NCBI GenBank assembly: GCA_018985225.1
Contig: JADGIF010000110.1
Span: 1-19,362 of the forward strand
Direction: 5' to 3'
Origin: Amoeboradix gromovi X-113
Taxonomy: Eukaryota > Fungi > Sanchytriomycota
Length of the DNA: 19,362 bases
Shown here piece by piece: positions 1 to 9,039 of the stretch; position 1 is the first letter of the stretch, and each line of letters starts with the position of its first letter. The position numbers were made by a program, and so were the translations under genes. The notes beneath the pieces were generated by a model. The model saw only the letters and a list, made by a program, of their open reading frames with translations, was not told the DNA's origin and did not search any database.

Positions 1-38
1 AAATTCTCGATTTTCTCGGAAATCAGGACTTTTAACGA
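1..38 (+). mobile_element. Right end (putative omegaRNA 3' scaffold) of a second copy of the Fanzor2/TnpB-like element; the rest lies upstream of the window
   Basis: Positions 2-38 (AATTCTCGATTTTCTCGGAAATCAGGACTTTTAACGA) are identical to 7997-8033, which follows the TnpB-like relic. The two copies diverge abruptly afterwards. Confidence 0.8.
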
Positions 39-74
39 GGAGCATATCCCAGATGTTACACACGTGAATTATTT

Positions 75-1580
75 ATGATTAATTCTATCTGGATATGTAT
101 CTTAGGATTCATAGTATCTTTCATGGACGGGTTCGGTATGGGAGCAAACGATGTATCTCACAGTTTTGCTACTTCTGTCGGATCAGGTACTCTGACGATG
201 ATGCAAGCTTGTACCATAGCCTTATTCACAGAATTTCTAGGCGCAGCATTACTTGGTAACAACAACGCAAAGACAATAAGCGGGTTGGTAATTGCAAGTG
301 AGTTTAACGAAACTCCGATTTTGTTAATGCTAATAATGACTTGTGCTTTACTAGGCAGTAGCCTATGGACAATATCATCTGTTAGACTAAGTCTTCCTGT
401 ATCTAGTACTCATGCTATAAGTGGGGCGATTGTTGGTGGTGTTCTGTTAAATTATGGGTTTGATCATATTAATTGGAGTTTTTCTTCTGGCGTATCCAAA
501 ATAGCCATTAGTTGGGTTACCTCACCTATAATTAGTGGGGTATTTGCAGCCTCCCTATTCCTGTTTACTAGGACTTTTGTCTTGAGGCGCTCTGATTCTT
601 ACAACCGAGGTAAGCTTGTCATTCCTTTTTACTTTTCTATAACTATATTCATTGACGTTTTTCTAGTAATTAGCAAGACCCACTTCAGTCATGATTTTTC
701 CAATGGTAAAATCTTCGTAATATCCCTTTTATCGGGCATTCTATCTTTTGTATTTTTCAAATATTTTCTCGTTCCATTCATTGTGCGCAAGATAGACAAT
801 CCTGATGAACTATTGTACTGGTATCATGTATTTCTAATTAGAAGCCTTCCACAACGGTCTAGATATATCGACATTTCGACCCTGCATGAAGACCCAAAAC
901 TGGAAACCCTTTTTACCTTAGATGACCTTGAAATGGATGTGTTTGAAAGCAATCAGCCTATGAAGGAATCCGATTATCTTATAAGAAGTAGCAGTCAAGA
1001 AAATTCAACCTCTAGTGAAGTTGCCGCAGACATTAAGCGTCTACATAGTGAAGCAGAAAAGTTTGATGAAGTAACTGAACAACTTTTTGGTTATGTCCAA
1101 GTATTAACTGCTATATTCGCTAGTTTTTCTCATGGTGCAAATGATGTTGCTAACGCTATTGGTCCTTTGGCAACAATTTTTTATATCCAAGAAAATCAGA
1201 CAGTCACAGACTCAGTTCCTGTTCCATTAATTCTGCTAATATACGGAGGAATAGCTATGGACATTGGTTTGTTTACTATGGGGAAAAAATTGATGGGAGT
1301 GCTAGGAAATGAAATAACTTTTATCAGTCCGAGCAGAGGATTTGCAGCAGAATTATCTGTATCTATAACTGTCATATCTGCAGCTTCGATGGGTATACCC
1401 GTAAGTACTACTCAATGTATATGTGGAGCAACTGCTGGTGTGGCATTATGTAATGGCAATGTAAAAGCATTAAATATGAAGTTGTTATTTAAAATATTTG
1501 TTGGCTGGATTGTAACCATGCCAATTGCAGGATCAATAGCAGGGCTAGTTTATTATGTAGCATATTTATTAATAAATTAA
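75..1580 (+). CDS. PHO89: PiT/SLC20-family inorganic phosphate transporter (Pho89/Pho4-like)
   Basis: 501-aa multi-pass membrane protein with both PiT signatures (GANDVSHSF, HGANDVANAIGP), LPVSSTH and IPVSTTQC motifs, SPSRGF, and a central hydrophilic loop. Confidence 0.93.
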   Translation: MINSIWICILGFIVSFMDGFGMGANDVSHSFATSVGSGTLTMMQACTIALFTEFLGAALLGNNNAKTISGLVIASEFNETPILLMLIMTCALLGSSLWTISSVRLSLPVSSTHAISGAIVGGVLLNYGFDHINWSFSSGVSKIAISWVTSPIISGVFAASLFLFTRTFVLRRSDSYNRGKLVIPFYFSITIFIDVFLVISKTHFSHDFSNGKIFVISLLSGILSFVFFKYFLVPFIVRKIDNPDELLYWYHVFLIRSLPQRSRYIDISTLHEDPKLETLFTLDDLEMDVFESNQPMKESDYLIRSSSQENSTSSEVAADIKRLHSEAEKFDEVTEQLFGYVQVLTAIFASFSHGANDVANAIGPLATIFYIQENQTVTDSVPVPLILLIYGGIAMDIGLFTMGKKLMGVLGNEITFISPSRGFAAELSVSITVISAASMGIPVSTTQCICGATAGVALCNGNVKALNMKLLFKIFVGWIVTMPIAGSIAGLVYYVAYLLIN

Positions 1581-1617
1581 TTACTCAATTAAAATTAATT
1601 TCTTATTTTTTTAAACC

Positions 1618-3170
1618 ATGGGAACTGTAAAAGTTACTGCTTCAAATGGTACAGAATTTGCTTGCAAATACCTCAATTTTAATAAGCCAATACCTGTTAA
1701 TCCTTTCGACATTAAAATTAAAAACGTTACGAATGTACCGGTGAAAACAGAGAATATAGCAATAGATGCTGTTCCTAAGAGATTTCTTGATCTTATGGGC
1801 GATGAGCAGACATTCCGAGCATTGCTTAAGTGGTTAAAAACATTTAAGAAAGGGAGTCCTAATATTGTGCTTATATCTGGCAAAACTGGACTTGGTAAAA
1901 CCTGCATGGTTAATTTGATTACTAAGCAGGCCAAGTATAAGGTAATAAATGTGAATTATCCTAACACCAACATAGCCCAAATAAATCACTCATTTGGGAA
2001 ATGCTGTATTGTTTTTGATGAGTTGGACGTAGTCTCAGAACGCAAGTTATTTGTGAGCATGATCATTAAACAGCGTAATAAGCTTCAGGTACCAGTTATA
2101 TGCATCTGCAATGACATTTATGAACCTTCAATTAGAATACTAAAAAATTATGCGACTGTTTATGAGTTAGCACAACCATCCAACGAGAAGGTAGCCAGTA
2201 GATTGCTAACAATTTGCGAAAAAAATGGCATAGATGCAGATAAAATAACAATGATAAGACTGGTAGATCTATGCAATAGTGATTTAAGAACCTGCATAAA
2301 TGCGTTGCAATTGTTTACTACGAAAATTCATTCCTCAAATCCTCCTAAAATGTCCTTCACTTTGCAAACTCTGAGATCTAAAGGATTTCTTGACTTTGTG
2401 AGTAAAAACATCAACGCCTCTCTTCCAAATACGCTTGAGAAACTATTTTATACTGCAAAAGGTCAATTAAAATATAATGAGTTTGAATCGTTAGCAAAAC
2501 AAAACGACTATGACTTAGTAGTCAGTGGAATACTAAAGAATTATCCGCAATTGCCTGTGATGGATAGGCAGCTTTCTAGATTGTACGATGTACAGGAATG
2601 GTTAGAATTGGGTGCGCTGCTCAGAAACACAAATGACTTCTACAAACAAGCCTTGTTTTACCACGTACATATACTCTATGGGAGCCCAAAGAGAATTCGA
2701 TTTAATATGAAGGCTAGCTTGAAGGTTGAAAAAGCGAAACCCCTATTTGAACGGTTTAGGAATGTGTGGTACTTAAAAGCTTTGTTGATGATATCTTTTG
2801 CATTCGACAACAAGAGAATCGTGAAAGCCGCTGAAATACTCAAGAGCAATGGTATCCAGTATACTGACAATCTTAATTTGTAATTCATACTTAATATAGT
2901 GACTTTGATTTACTGCGATTTCAGGATAGTGAATCTGTTATTTCACCAAGTTTAAAAACTATGTTAAGGCCAATTGTAGCTGTACCTATAAAAAGAATGT
3001 CTGATTTTGAACTTCCATTGATTAAAAAAAAGACTGGTATGAAATCATTTTGTAACTTACTGACATCAGAAGACGACAAAGTAATAGCATCGCTAGGATA
3101 TATATATCAAGAGGGGCATTCAAAAGCTGTGTCCAAACCTCTTCTTTATTCTTTTTTTACAAATAAATAA
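1618..3170 (+). CDS. CTF18: CTF18, large subunit of the alternative RFC clamp loader; join(1618..2879,2900..3170), ~510 aa
   Basis: AAA+ Walker A GKTGLGKT, Walker B DELD, ICICNDIYEPSIR and DLRTCINALQ. Removing a 20-nt GT..AG intron joins the ORF in frame to the 2961-3170 ORF, which ends in YQEGHSKAVSKP, resembling the Ctf18 C-terminal EGFSNAV motif. Confidence 0.85.
2880..2899 (+). other. Ultra-short spliceosomal intron (20 nt) in CTF18
   Basis: GTAATTCATACTTAATATAG contains the in-frame TAA. Its removal gives an open frame ...NLNFDFDLLRFQDSESVISPSLKTMLRP... Confidence 0.8.
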
Positions 3171-3358
3171 AATAAAAACCTATATTATATTGCAATATTA
3201 CTACACATAGCATAATAGCTATGCGGAACTGCTAATTTACTCATGATCAGTATTTTTGAAATGATTTACAGAAACCAATGAAATTTGACTGGGCGAGCAT
3301 CTACACACCAATCAAGGTTTTGCAAATTTATTAATATGGCAAGAGGGAAACACAAAAC

Positions 3359-6300
3359 ATGGAATTCGAAATTGGCCAACAAGTAACAGTGCAAATATCA
3401 AGCGGAACAGCGGTAGGAACCATAGCTTTTATTGGAGAAACGAAATTTAAACCTGGGACTCAGTGGATTGGTTTAAATCTTCAAGATCCCATTGGTAAAA
3501 ACAATGGGACAGTGGATGGGGTACAATATTTTGAATGCAACAGCAACCACGGAATATTTGTACCAGTTTCTAAAATTTCGCAGAAAAAGATCGTGTTAGA
3601 TCCAAAAAAGAAATCGTTTTTGAGTCGTGGACAGCTAGAATCTCAAATTCAAAAGCTGCAACAGGAGTTAGATAATGCGATAGCTACGATCGATGACTAC
3701 AAATCCAATTCATCTGCAGTTGATGGTGAGGACCAAACTGTACAGGAACTGAACGAGAAGTTACAGTCCTCGCTTTCTATTCAGCATACATTGCAACAAG
3801 AGATCGAAAAGCTTAAATCTAAACCAATCACTTCAGAACTAGCAGAGTCCTCTAATTTCGACCAGTTGATTGCCATTAAATCCAAGGAGGTGATGGATCT
3901 AAGATCTGAGCTGTTAAATTTAAAATCAAAGCACCAGGAACAAGTAGATCACTTGCAATCACAATTAAATGATACGAAATCTATGTTCGATGAAGCATTA
4001 GCCAAAGAGTCAATGTCTAAAGCCGAATTGGAATCACAACTTTTAGAAATCACTTTAAAGTACGAGTCTTCCATAGCACTTGAAAGAGAATTAAAAGAGG
4101 AAATAGCCCAGTTGAGATCAAGAGACAATATATCAAGAGCACTGGATAACAATAGTGAAGTACCCAAGTCTTTTACAAGGGAACTCGAACCTAATCAGAG
4201 TTTTGATGACCAAGTAGCAAACAAAAAATCAATTGTAGTGGAGGAATTAGAGGTTAAAAAGCTGTTAGTTAAGAAGACGACGATTGTCGACGCAGATGTA
4301 GAAGCGTCACATAAACAGGACGAAGATGTGCTTGGAAAGGAAGATAATAATGCAGAATTATTAGATCCCAATCAATACTCCGAACAACAGTCATTAGAGT
4401 CAACCGCAATAGACCCTATAGTTGTTGAGGATGTTACTTTCGATAAGTCAACAAACGATATTGACGACCTTAGGTCAGATCTACACGAATCGAATGATGA
4501 GGCTAAGTCACAAATAAATGCGGCAGATGAAGGAGTAAAGAAATGTCTACCAGAGATTCCCGAATTGCCCAATCGAAGCTTTGTTGAGAGTCCTTCTAAA
4601 ACTACAGCTAGTGAGGTGGAGGCAAGAACTGATGAAGTGGTGGATTATAATAAAAATACTTTACAATTGGCTTCTGAAATTGGCAAAGGATCCGAAAACA
4701 TTGCAGAGCCAGAGCAATTTGAGGATTTTCAAGGGCAAATTGAAGGTGAGGAAGCAAAAACAAGTAAGGTTTTGCCGTCTTTAGAATCTTCTGAAACAGC
4801 TAATGATTTTCTCGTTCCACATTCTCATCCTGATGAAATCCTGAATGAGTCTACTGGAAATGCTATAGAACCAAGTCAGGAATTCGGAGATAAGAATGAG
4901 CTTGAATCAGTTAGCAAGAACTCTACTGATAAAAGTGCCGTCTTGGAAGGGGCTATAAATGAAGAATTAATCGAAAAAAGCACAAAAATTGCTGAGAACA
5001 AAATTCTCGAGGATTCCTTCACAAACGAAGCTATTAATCCCACTTCCGAAAATTCTGAAGTACCATTTCCCGGTGAAGTGGTAGCAGAAACTATGGGTGA
5101 ACAACCGTTAACTTCCAGAGCCTATTCTGAGCAGTTTCCTAAACCGCTTACTGATGCTGAAGAATATTTAGTGGCAGCTACTAAGCCTACCGCTGATATC
5201 CAGAGTGCGAATATTTCCGACGCTCAAGGTGAGATGCCAATGACTGATGAAGTTGTAGCAGATGAGGTTACAACAGAGCAAGATAAGGAAATCGTTGCAG
5301 AACACGTGGAAGAGACTGCAGCTGTTGAGATTGAAACAGAGCAAGATAAGGAAATCGTTGCAGAACACGTGGAAGAGACTGTGACTGATGAAATTGCAGC
5401 AGAACAAGATAAAGAAATCGCTGTAGAACATGTGGAAGAGATTGCAGCTGTTGAAATTGCAGCAGCTGAAGATAAGAAAATCGTTGCAGAACACGTGGAA
5501 GAGACTGTGACTGATGAAGTTGTAGCAGATGAAATTGCAGCAGAACAAGATAAGGAAATCGTTGCAGAACACGTGGAAGAGACTGCAGCTGTTGAGATCG
5601 AAACAGAGCAAGATAAGGAAATCGTTGCAGAACACGTGGAAGAGACTGTGACTGATGAAGTTGTAGCAGATGAAATTGCAGCAGAGCAAGATAAGGAAAT
5701 CGTTGTAGAACACGTGGAGGAGACTGCAGCTGTTGAAGATAAGGAAATCATTGTAGAACACGTGGAAGAGACTATGACTGATGAAGTTGTAGCTGAGCAT
5801 GTAGATGAGTCTGTCGCGGAACATACAGAAGAGACTGCAGCAGATGAAGATAAGGAAATCGTTGCAGAACATGTGGAAGAGACTGCAGCTGTTGAGATTG
5901 AAACAGAGCAAGATAAGGAAATCGTTGCAGAACATGTGGAGGAGACTGCAGCTGTTGAGATTGAAACAGAGCAAGATAAGGAAATCGTTGCAGAACACGT
6001 GGAAGAGACTGCAGCTGTTGAGATTGAAACAGAGCAAGATAAGGAAATCGTCGCAGAACATGTGGAAGAGACTGTGACTGATGAAATTGCAGCAGAACAA
6101 GATAAGGAAATCATTGCAGAACATGTGGAGGAGACTGCAGCTGTTGAGATTGAAACAGAGCAAGATAAGGAAATCGTTGTAGAACATGTGGAAGAGACTG
6201 TGACTGATGAAGTTGTAGCAGATGAAGTTGCAGCTGAGCATGTAGATGAGACTGCAGCTGAACATGCAGAGGAGATTACAGCTGTTGAGATTGAGGAAGT

Positions 6301-7354
6301 TGCAGCTGAGCAAGATAAAGAAATCGCTGTAGAACACGTGGAAGAGACTGCAGCTGTTGAGATTGAAACAGAGCAAGATAAGGAAATCGTCGCAGAACAT
6401 GTGGAAGAGACTGCAGCTGTCGAAATTGCAGCAGAGCATGTAGATGAGTCTGTAGCTGAACATTCAGAAGAGATTACAGCATATGATCTTGTAGTTGAAC
6501 ATGTAGAAGAAACAGTAACTTATGATCTTGTAGTGGAGAATGCTGAAAAGGATGGTACTGTTCAACTGACGCCGAAGAATATAGAAAATACAGTAGTTTA
6601 TGGCGCCCTAGCAGAGCACGTAGAAAAGACAGTAACCTATGAGAAGGTTGATGATACTGCAGAGGAATTAAAGATACATGTGCTGAGTCCGGAATCTAAT
6701 GAGGCCAAAGAGGGCTTATTATATGATGAATTAGCCAAGGATATTGTAGAAGTGAAAGCAGCTAATGAACTTATAGTGGAGCCAGTCGCAGAATCTGTTA
6801 CAGGAACAACTATTGTTGCGCAACCTTCATCTGAGAAAGTAGCGTCTCTGCTTACAGCTGAAACTGGACCTGGTGATCTGTCTAGTGCTATTCTTCAATC
6901 ATATCTTAAAACTGAGGAATTTGGGAGTAATGACTCTAAACCTACTTTAACTGAGAATATTGCCAATATTTCTACTGTAGAATCTAATAGCATTGCACTT
7001 GTCAATGAGTCTACAGTCGCTAGCAATGTACCGGACCAAAAACCTGATAATTCTCATAAGTCACACTCTGATCTATCCTCTGATGACCCTTCTATAGTAG
7101 TGGTGGAGCCGCAAGGGTCTAGTGACATTGTTGATTCGAAGACTGATCTAAACGAGCCTTCCAAAAAGTCTGTTTTAGAATTAGCTAATGATCTGGAACA
7201 GTCGCAGCAAGAAGTGTACAGAAGTGAGTCAGAGCACATGCATGACGAAATTAGGGATAGCAAACCATCTGTGATGGAAATGGCCACCAACCTGGATCAA
7301 AAAGAGAAAAAAAGGTCAGTTTTGGGCAGAATTAATAATTGGCTACAAAAGTAA
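3359..7354 (+). CDS. CAP-Gly domain protein with coiled coil and long acidic repeat region (1331 aa)
   Basis: N-terminal CAP-Gly domain (GTIAFIGETKFKPGTQWIGLNL..PIGKNNGTVDGVQYFEC..NHGIFV), heptad-like coiled coil at ~aa 90-255, then Glu-rich low-complexity sequence and repeats. Confidence 0.85.
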   Translation: MEFEIGQQVTVQISSGTAVGTIAFIGETKFKPGTQWIGLNLQDPIGKNNGTVDGVQYFECNSNHGIFVPVSKISQKKIVLDPKKKSFLSRGQLESQIQKLQQELDNAIATIDDYKSNSSAVDGEDQTVQELNEKLQSSLSIQHTLQQEIEKLKSKPITSELAESSNFDQLIAIKSKEVMDLRSELLNLKSKHQEQVDHLQSQLNDTKSMFDEALAKESMSKAELESQLLEITLKYESSIALERELKEEIAQLRSRDNISRALDNNSEVPKSFTRELEPNQSFDDQVANKKSIVVEELEVKKLLVKKTTIVDADVEASHKQDEDVLGKEDNNAELLDPNQYSEQQSLESTAIDPIVVEDVTFDKSTNDIDDLRSDLHESNDEAKSQINAADEGVKKCLPEIPELPNRSFVESPSKTTASEVEARTDEVVDYNKNTLQLASEIGKGSENIAEPEQFEDFQGQIEGEEAKTSKVLPSLESSETANDFLVPHSHPDEILNESTGNAIEPSQEFGDKNELESVSKNSTDKSAVLEGAINEELIEKSTKIAENKILEDSFTNEAINPTSENSEVPFPGEVVAETMGEQPLTSRAYSEQFPKPLTDAEEYLVAATKPTADIQSANISDAQGEMPMTDEVVADEVTTEQDKEIVAEHVEETAAVEIETEQDKEIVAEHVEETVTDEIAAEQDKEIAVEHVEEIAAVEIAAAEDKKIVAEHVEETVTDEVVADEIAAEQDKEIVAEHVEETAAVEIETEQDKEIVAEHVEETVTDEVVADEIAAEQDKEIVVEHVEETAAVEDKEIIVEHVEETMTDEVVAEHVDESVAEHTEETAADEDKEIVAEHVEETAAVEIETEQDKEIVAEHVEETAAVEIETEQDKEIVAEHVEETAAVEIETEQDKEIVAEHVEETVTDEIAAEQDKEIIAEHVEETAAVEIETEQDKEIVVEHVEETVTDEVVADEVAAEHVDETAAEHAEEITAVEIEEVAAEQDKEIAVEHVEETAAVEIETEQDKEIVAEHVEETAAVEIAAEHVDESVAEHSEEITAYDLVVEHVEETVTYDLVVENAEKDGTVQLTPKNIENTVVYGALAEHVEKTVTYEKVDDTAEELKIHVLSPESNEAKEGLLYDELAKDIVEVKAANELIVEPVAESVTGTTIVAQPSSEKVASLLTAETGPGDLSSAILQSYLKTEEFGSNDSKPTLTENIANISTVESNSIALVNESTVASNVPDQKPDNSHKSHSDLSSDDPSIVVVEPQGSSDIVDSKTDLNEPSKKSVLELANDLEQSQQEVYRSESEHMHDEIRDSKPSVMEMATNLDQKEKKRSVLGRINNWLQK
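5240..6480 (+). repeat. Coding minisatellite with a ~63-bp (21-aa) core unit EQDKEIVAEHVEETAAVEIET and variants (ETVTDEVVADEIAA, EHVDESVAEH)
   Basis: Recurring GAGCAAGATAAGGAAATCGTTGCAGAACACGTGGAAGAGACTG units. Length variants preserve the reading frame. Confidence 0.95.
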
Positions 7355-7386
7355 AAATAAATATTATTATTTCAAGGATCTCCATA

Positions 7387-7442
7387 GGGCGTGCCAGTCA
7401 ATTCGATACTGATTGGTCACGCTTCCGCTTACTAAGGCGGGG
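7387..7442 (+). other. GC-rich tandem double hairpin of unknown identity
   Basis: GCGTG-CCAGTCA (7389-7400) pairs with TGATTGG-T-CACGC (7410-7422). CCGCTT-ACTA-AGGCGG (7425-7440) follows. G:U pairs favour the + strand as RNA. Confidence 0.45.
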
Positions 7443-7610
7443 ACACATCTAGCTATTAGTTCTTTACAAAAAATCACCTCTAGAAGTGTACATTGAGACC
7501 CCTCGCTCCTTTAATAGCGCTATCATCCGTTGAAGGACGAATTTTGCTATAGCTTAAATGCTCGATATTCTTCCTTTTCACAAATGGTAAATGGAATTAA
7601 TCGATGTAAT

Positions 7611-7940
7611 CTTGAACATTTCAAATCTAAAGAAATAACAGGTACAGCACACATTCATCGACACTGAGGAACTGTACAAACATTGAACAGGTAGATGTCT
7701 TTCGACGCCGGGAAGCAATATCTGTACAATTTATTCAAGGAATGCTTGAAGTTCAAGTGTGGACAAAGAGGAAAGACGATAATCGAATGTAATGAAGCAT
7801 TTACTAGTCAGACATGTACAAGATGTGATACTCTAAAGAAAACCAGCTTAGAAACCTACACTTGTACCAACTGTCGTTTGTAAGTAGATAGAGACCACAT
7901 GGCAGCAAGGAACTCCATATTCAATCCAGCCTCAGGGTAG
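7611..7940 (+). pseudogene. Decayed TnpB/Fanzor2-like nuclease, C-terminal part (RuvC-II region, zinc ribbon, RuvC-III)
   Basis: One frame reads LEHFKSKEI... FKECLKFKCGQRGKTIIECNEAFTSQTCTRC...YTCTNCRL*VDRDHMAARNS. This contains E-x-x-TS-x-x-CxxC, a second CxxC and DRD-x-x-AARN. In-frame stops are present and the N-terminal half is missing. Confidence 0.85.
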
Positions 7941-8032
7941 TGCAAGCGTGAGTGATCACTGTAACGGAGCATCTAGCCCTGCTGATTTTTCTGTGGAATT
8001 CTCGATTTTCTCGGAAATCAGGACTTTTAACG
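7933..8032 (+). ncRNA. Putative omegaRNA scaffold / element right end
   Basis: Directly downstream of and overlapping the nuclease relic. Stem 1: CAGGG-TAG-TGC (7933-7943) with GCATCTAGCCCTG (7969-7981). Stem 2: CTGATTT (7982-7988) with AAATCAG (8015-8021). The 3' part is duplicated at 2-38. Confidence 0.65.
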
Positions 8033-8564
8033 AAATAGTCAGAATTTCAAAAACGAAAAAGTTAGACATTATTTACTCAAAAGCAATTAAATGCAAGCGT
8101 CCAACATCTGGAGATTGCGACATTCACGATCTAAAAAAGTCCAAAGGTGTCACCAATCTGGTGACAATAAAAACCCAAGTTGGCAATTTTCGTGTGAAGC
8201 TTTATTTAAAAGGTCAGCAGCTATAACTGTAGTAGAAGAATAAACTCATTTACATAAATAATTTTTAAATGTAAACATCCACTGAGGGAAAGTGCGCATT
8301 AGAGAAAATCCAAATATCGCAATTGCGATGATGACGACCATAAAGATATCAATCCAAGCAAAGACATGCTAAAGTGGTATTTACCCAAGTTGCCTACACA
8401 TCAGATATGCGAACTCTGATTTTATTGCAGATCTTCGCATTAACCTTGGGATTATTTCAAATCATTGGTATTGCTTGAACTGGCTTTTGCTTAAGATATT
8501 TTTTGAACGATACCAATCTTTGTAAGTCTTTCGATAAATATCTCATGAATAAACTAAAATCGTT

Positions 8565-9036
8565 CGTATGGGACGCCAAATATAAAAACTAGACTAACCC
8601 GTTTTTAAAGGAGGTGCACCATACGGAGGAAATTCTATCATTAATAAAAGATCTTCTATTATACCAACCTTCTTTCATTACTTTCAATCCCCTCTTCAAA
8701 ATAATAGTAGAAGACCCTGCATCTCGTTCAAATATATGAGGTCTTTGAGCATCTAAGCAAAAGGTGCATTTTCTTAGACGGTGCTCTTTTCTAGAGTCAT
8801 TTTGTAATGTTATACTAACATCATTACTCTTGTCTGTTCTAGTTTTTACAGAGTAATAGTGATGTTTTATTTGAAATAAAGATTGGATGAAAAAGTAAGA
8901 GAATAGCTGTACAGAATATTTATTTTCCTTTTATACTCGTCAACTCCGCAACTAGCTGAATGTCCACTCGCCTCTTAAATAATGCTCCAAGTTGTTACAG
9001 AAAGTTGTACAGTTTTTATATTTGATGTTCCATATG
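8565..9036 (-). mobile_element. Non-autonomous element bounded by terminal inverted repeats, carrying a Fanzor1-like 3' fragment
   Basis: The reverse complement of 8565-8590 (AGTTTTTATATTTGGCGTCCCATACG) matches 9011-9036 (AGTTTTTATATTTGATGTTCCATATG) at 22/26, with a 14-bp perfect core. All four mismatches are transitions. Confidence 0.65.
8589..8947 (-). pseudogene. Fanzor1-like C-terminal fragment (zinc finger and RuvC-III)
   Basis: A 113-codon open frame with no upstream start (8930-8589) reads ...KEHRLRKCTFCLDAQRPHIFERDAGSSTIILKRG... GVDEYK lies in the adjacent frame at 8947-8930. This resembles the Fanzor1 order VDE ... H..L.C..C ... RD. Confidence 0.55.
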
Positions 9037-9039
9037 TAA

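Noticed and set aside
5168-6463. Long antisense and alternate-frame ORFs (431, 296 and 90 aa)
   Set aside because: They are shadows of the stop-poor tandem repeat in the CAP-Gly gene.
5240-6480. CRISPR-like array
   Set aside because: There are no unique spacers. The units are in-frame coding repeats in a eukaryotic gene.
7387-7442. HDV-like ribozyme
   Set aside because: GGGCGTG/CACGCTT could form P1, but the nested P2/P3 pseudoknot and the J4/2 catalytic motif are absent.
7948-8226. 92-aa ORF
   Set aside because: It starts at GTG inside the putative omegaRNA, crosses the element boundary and has no recognisable domain. The part after 8033 could be a gene remnant but cannot be supported.
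8595-8602. TAACCCGT matching the start of the IS630 candidate terminus
   Set aside because: Only 8 bp long. The 26-bp inverted repeat at 8565-8590/9011-9036 explains that element's ends better.
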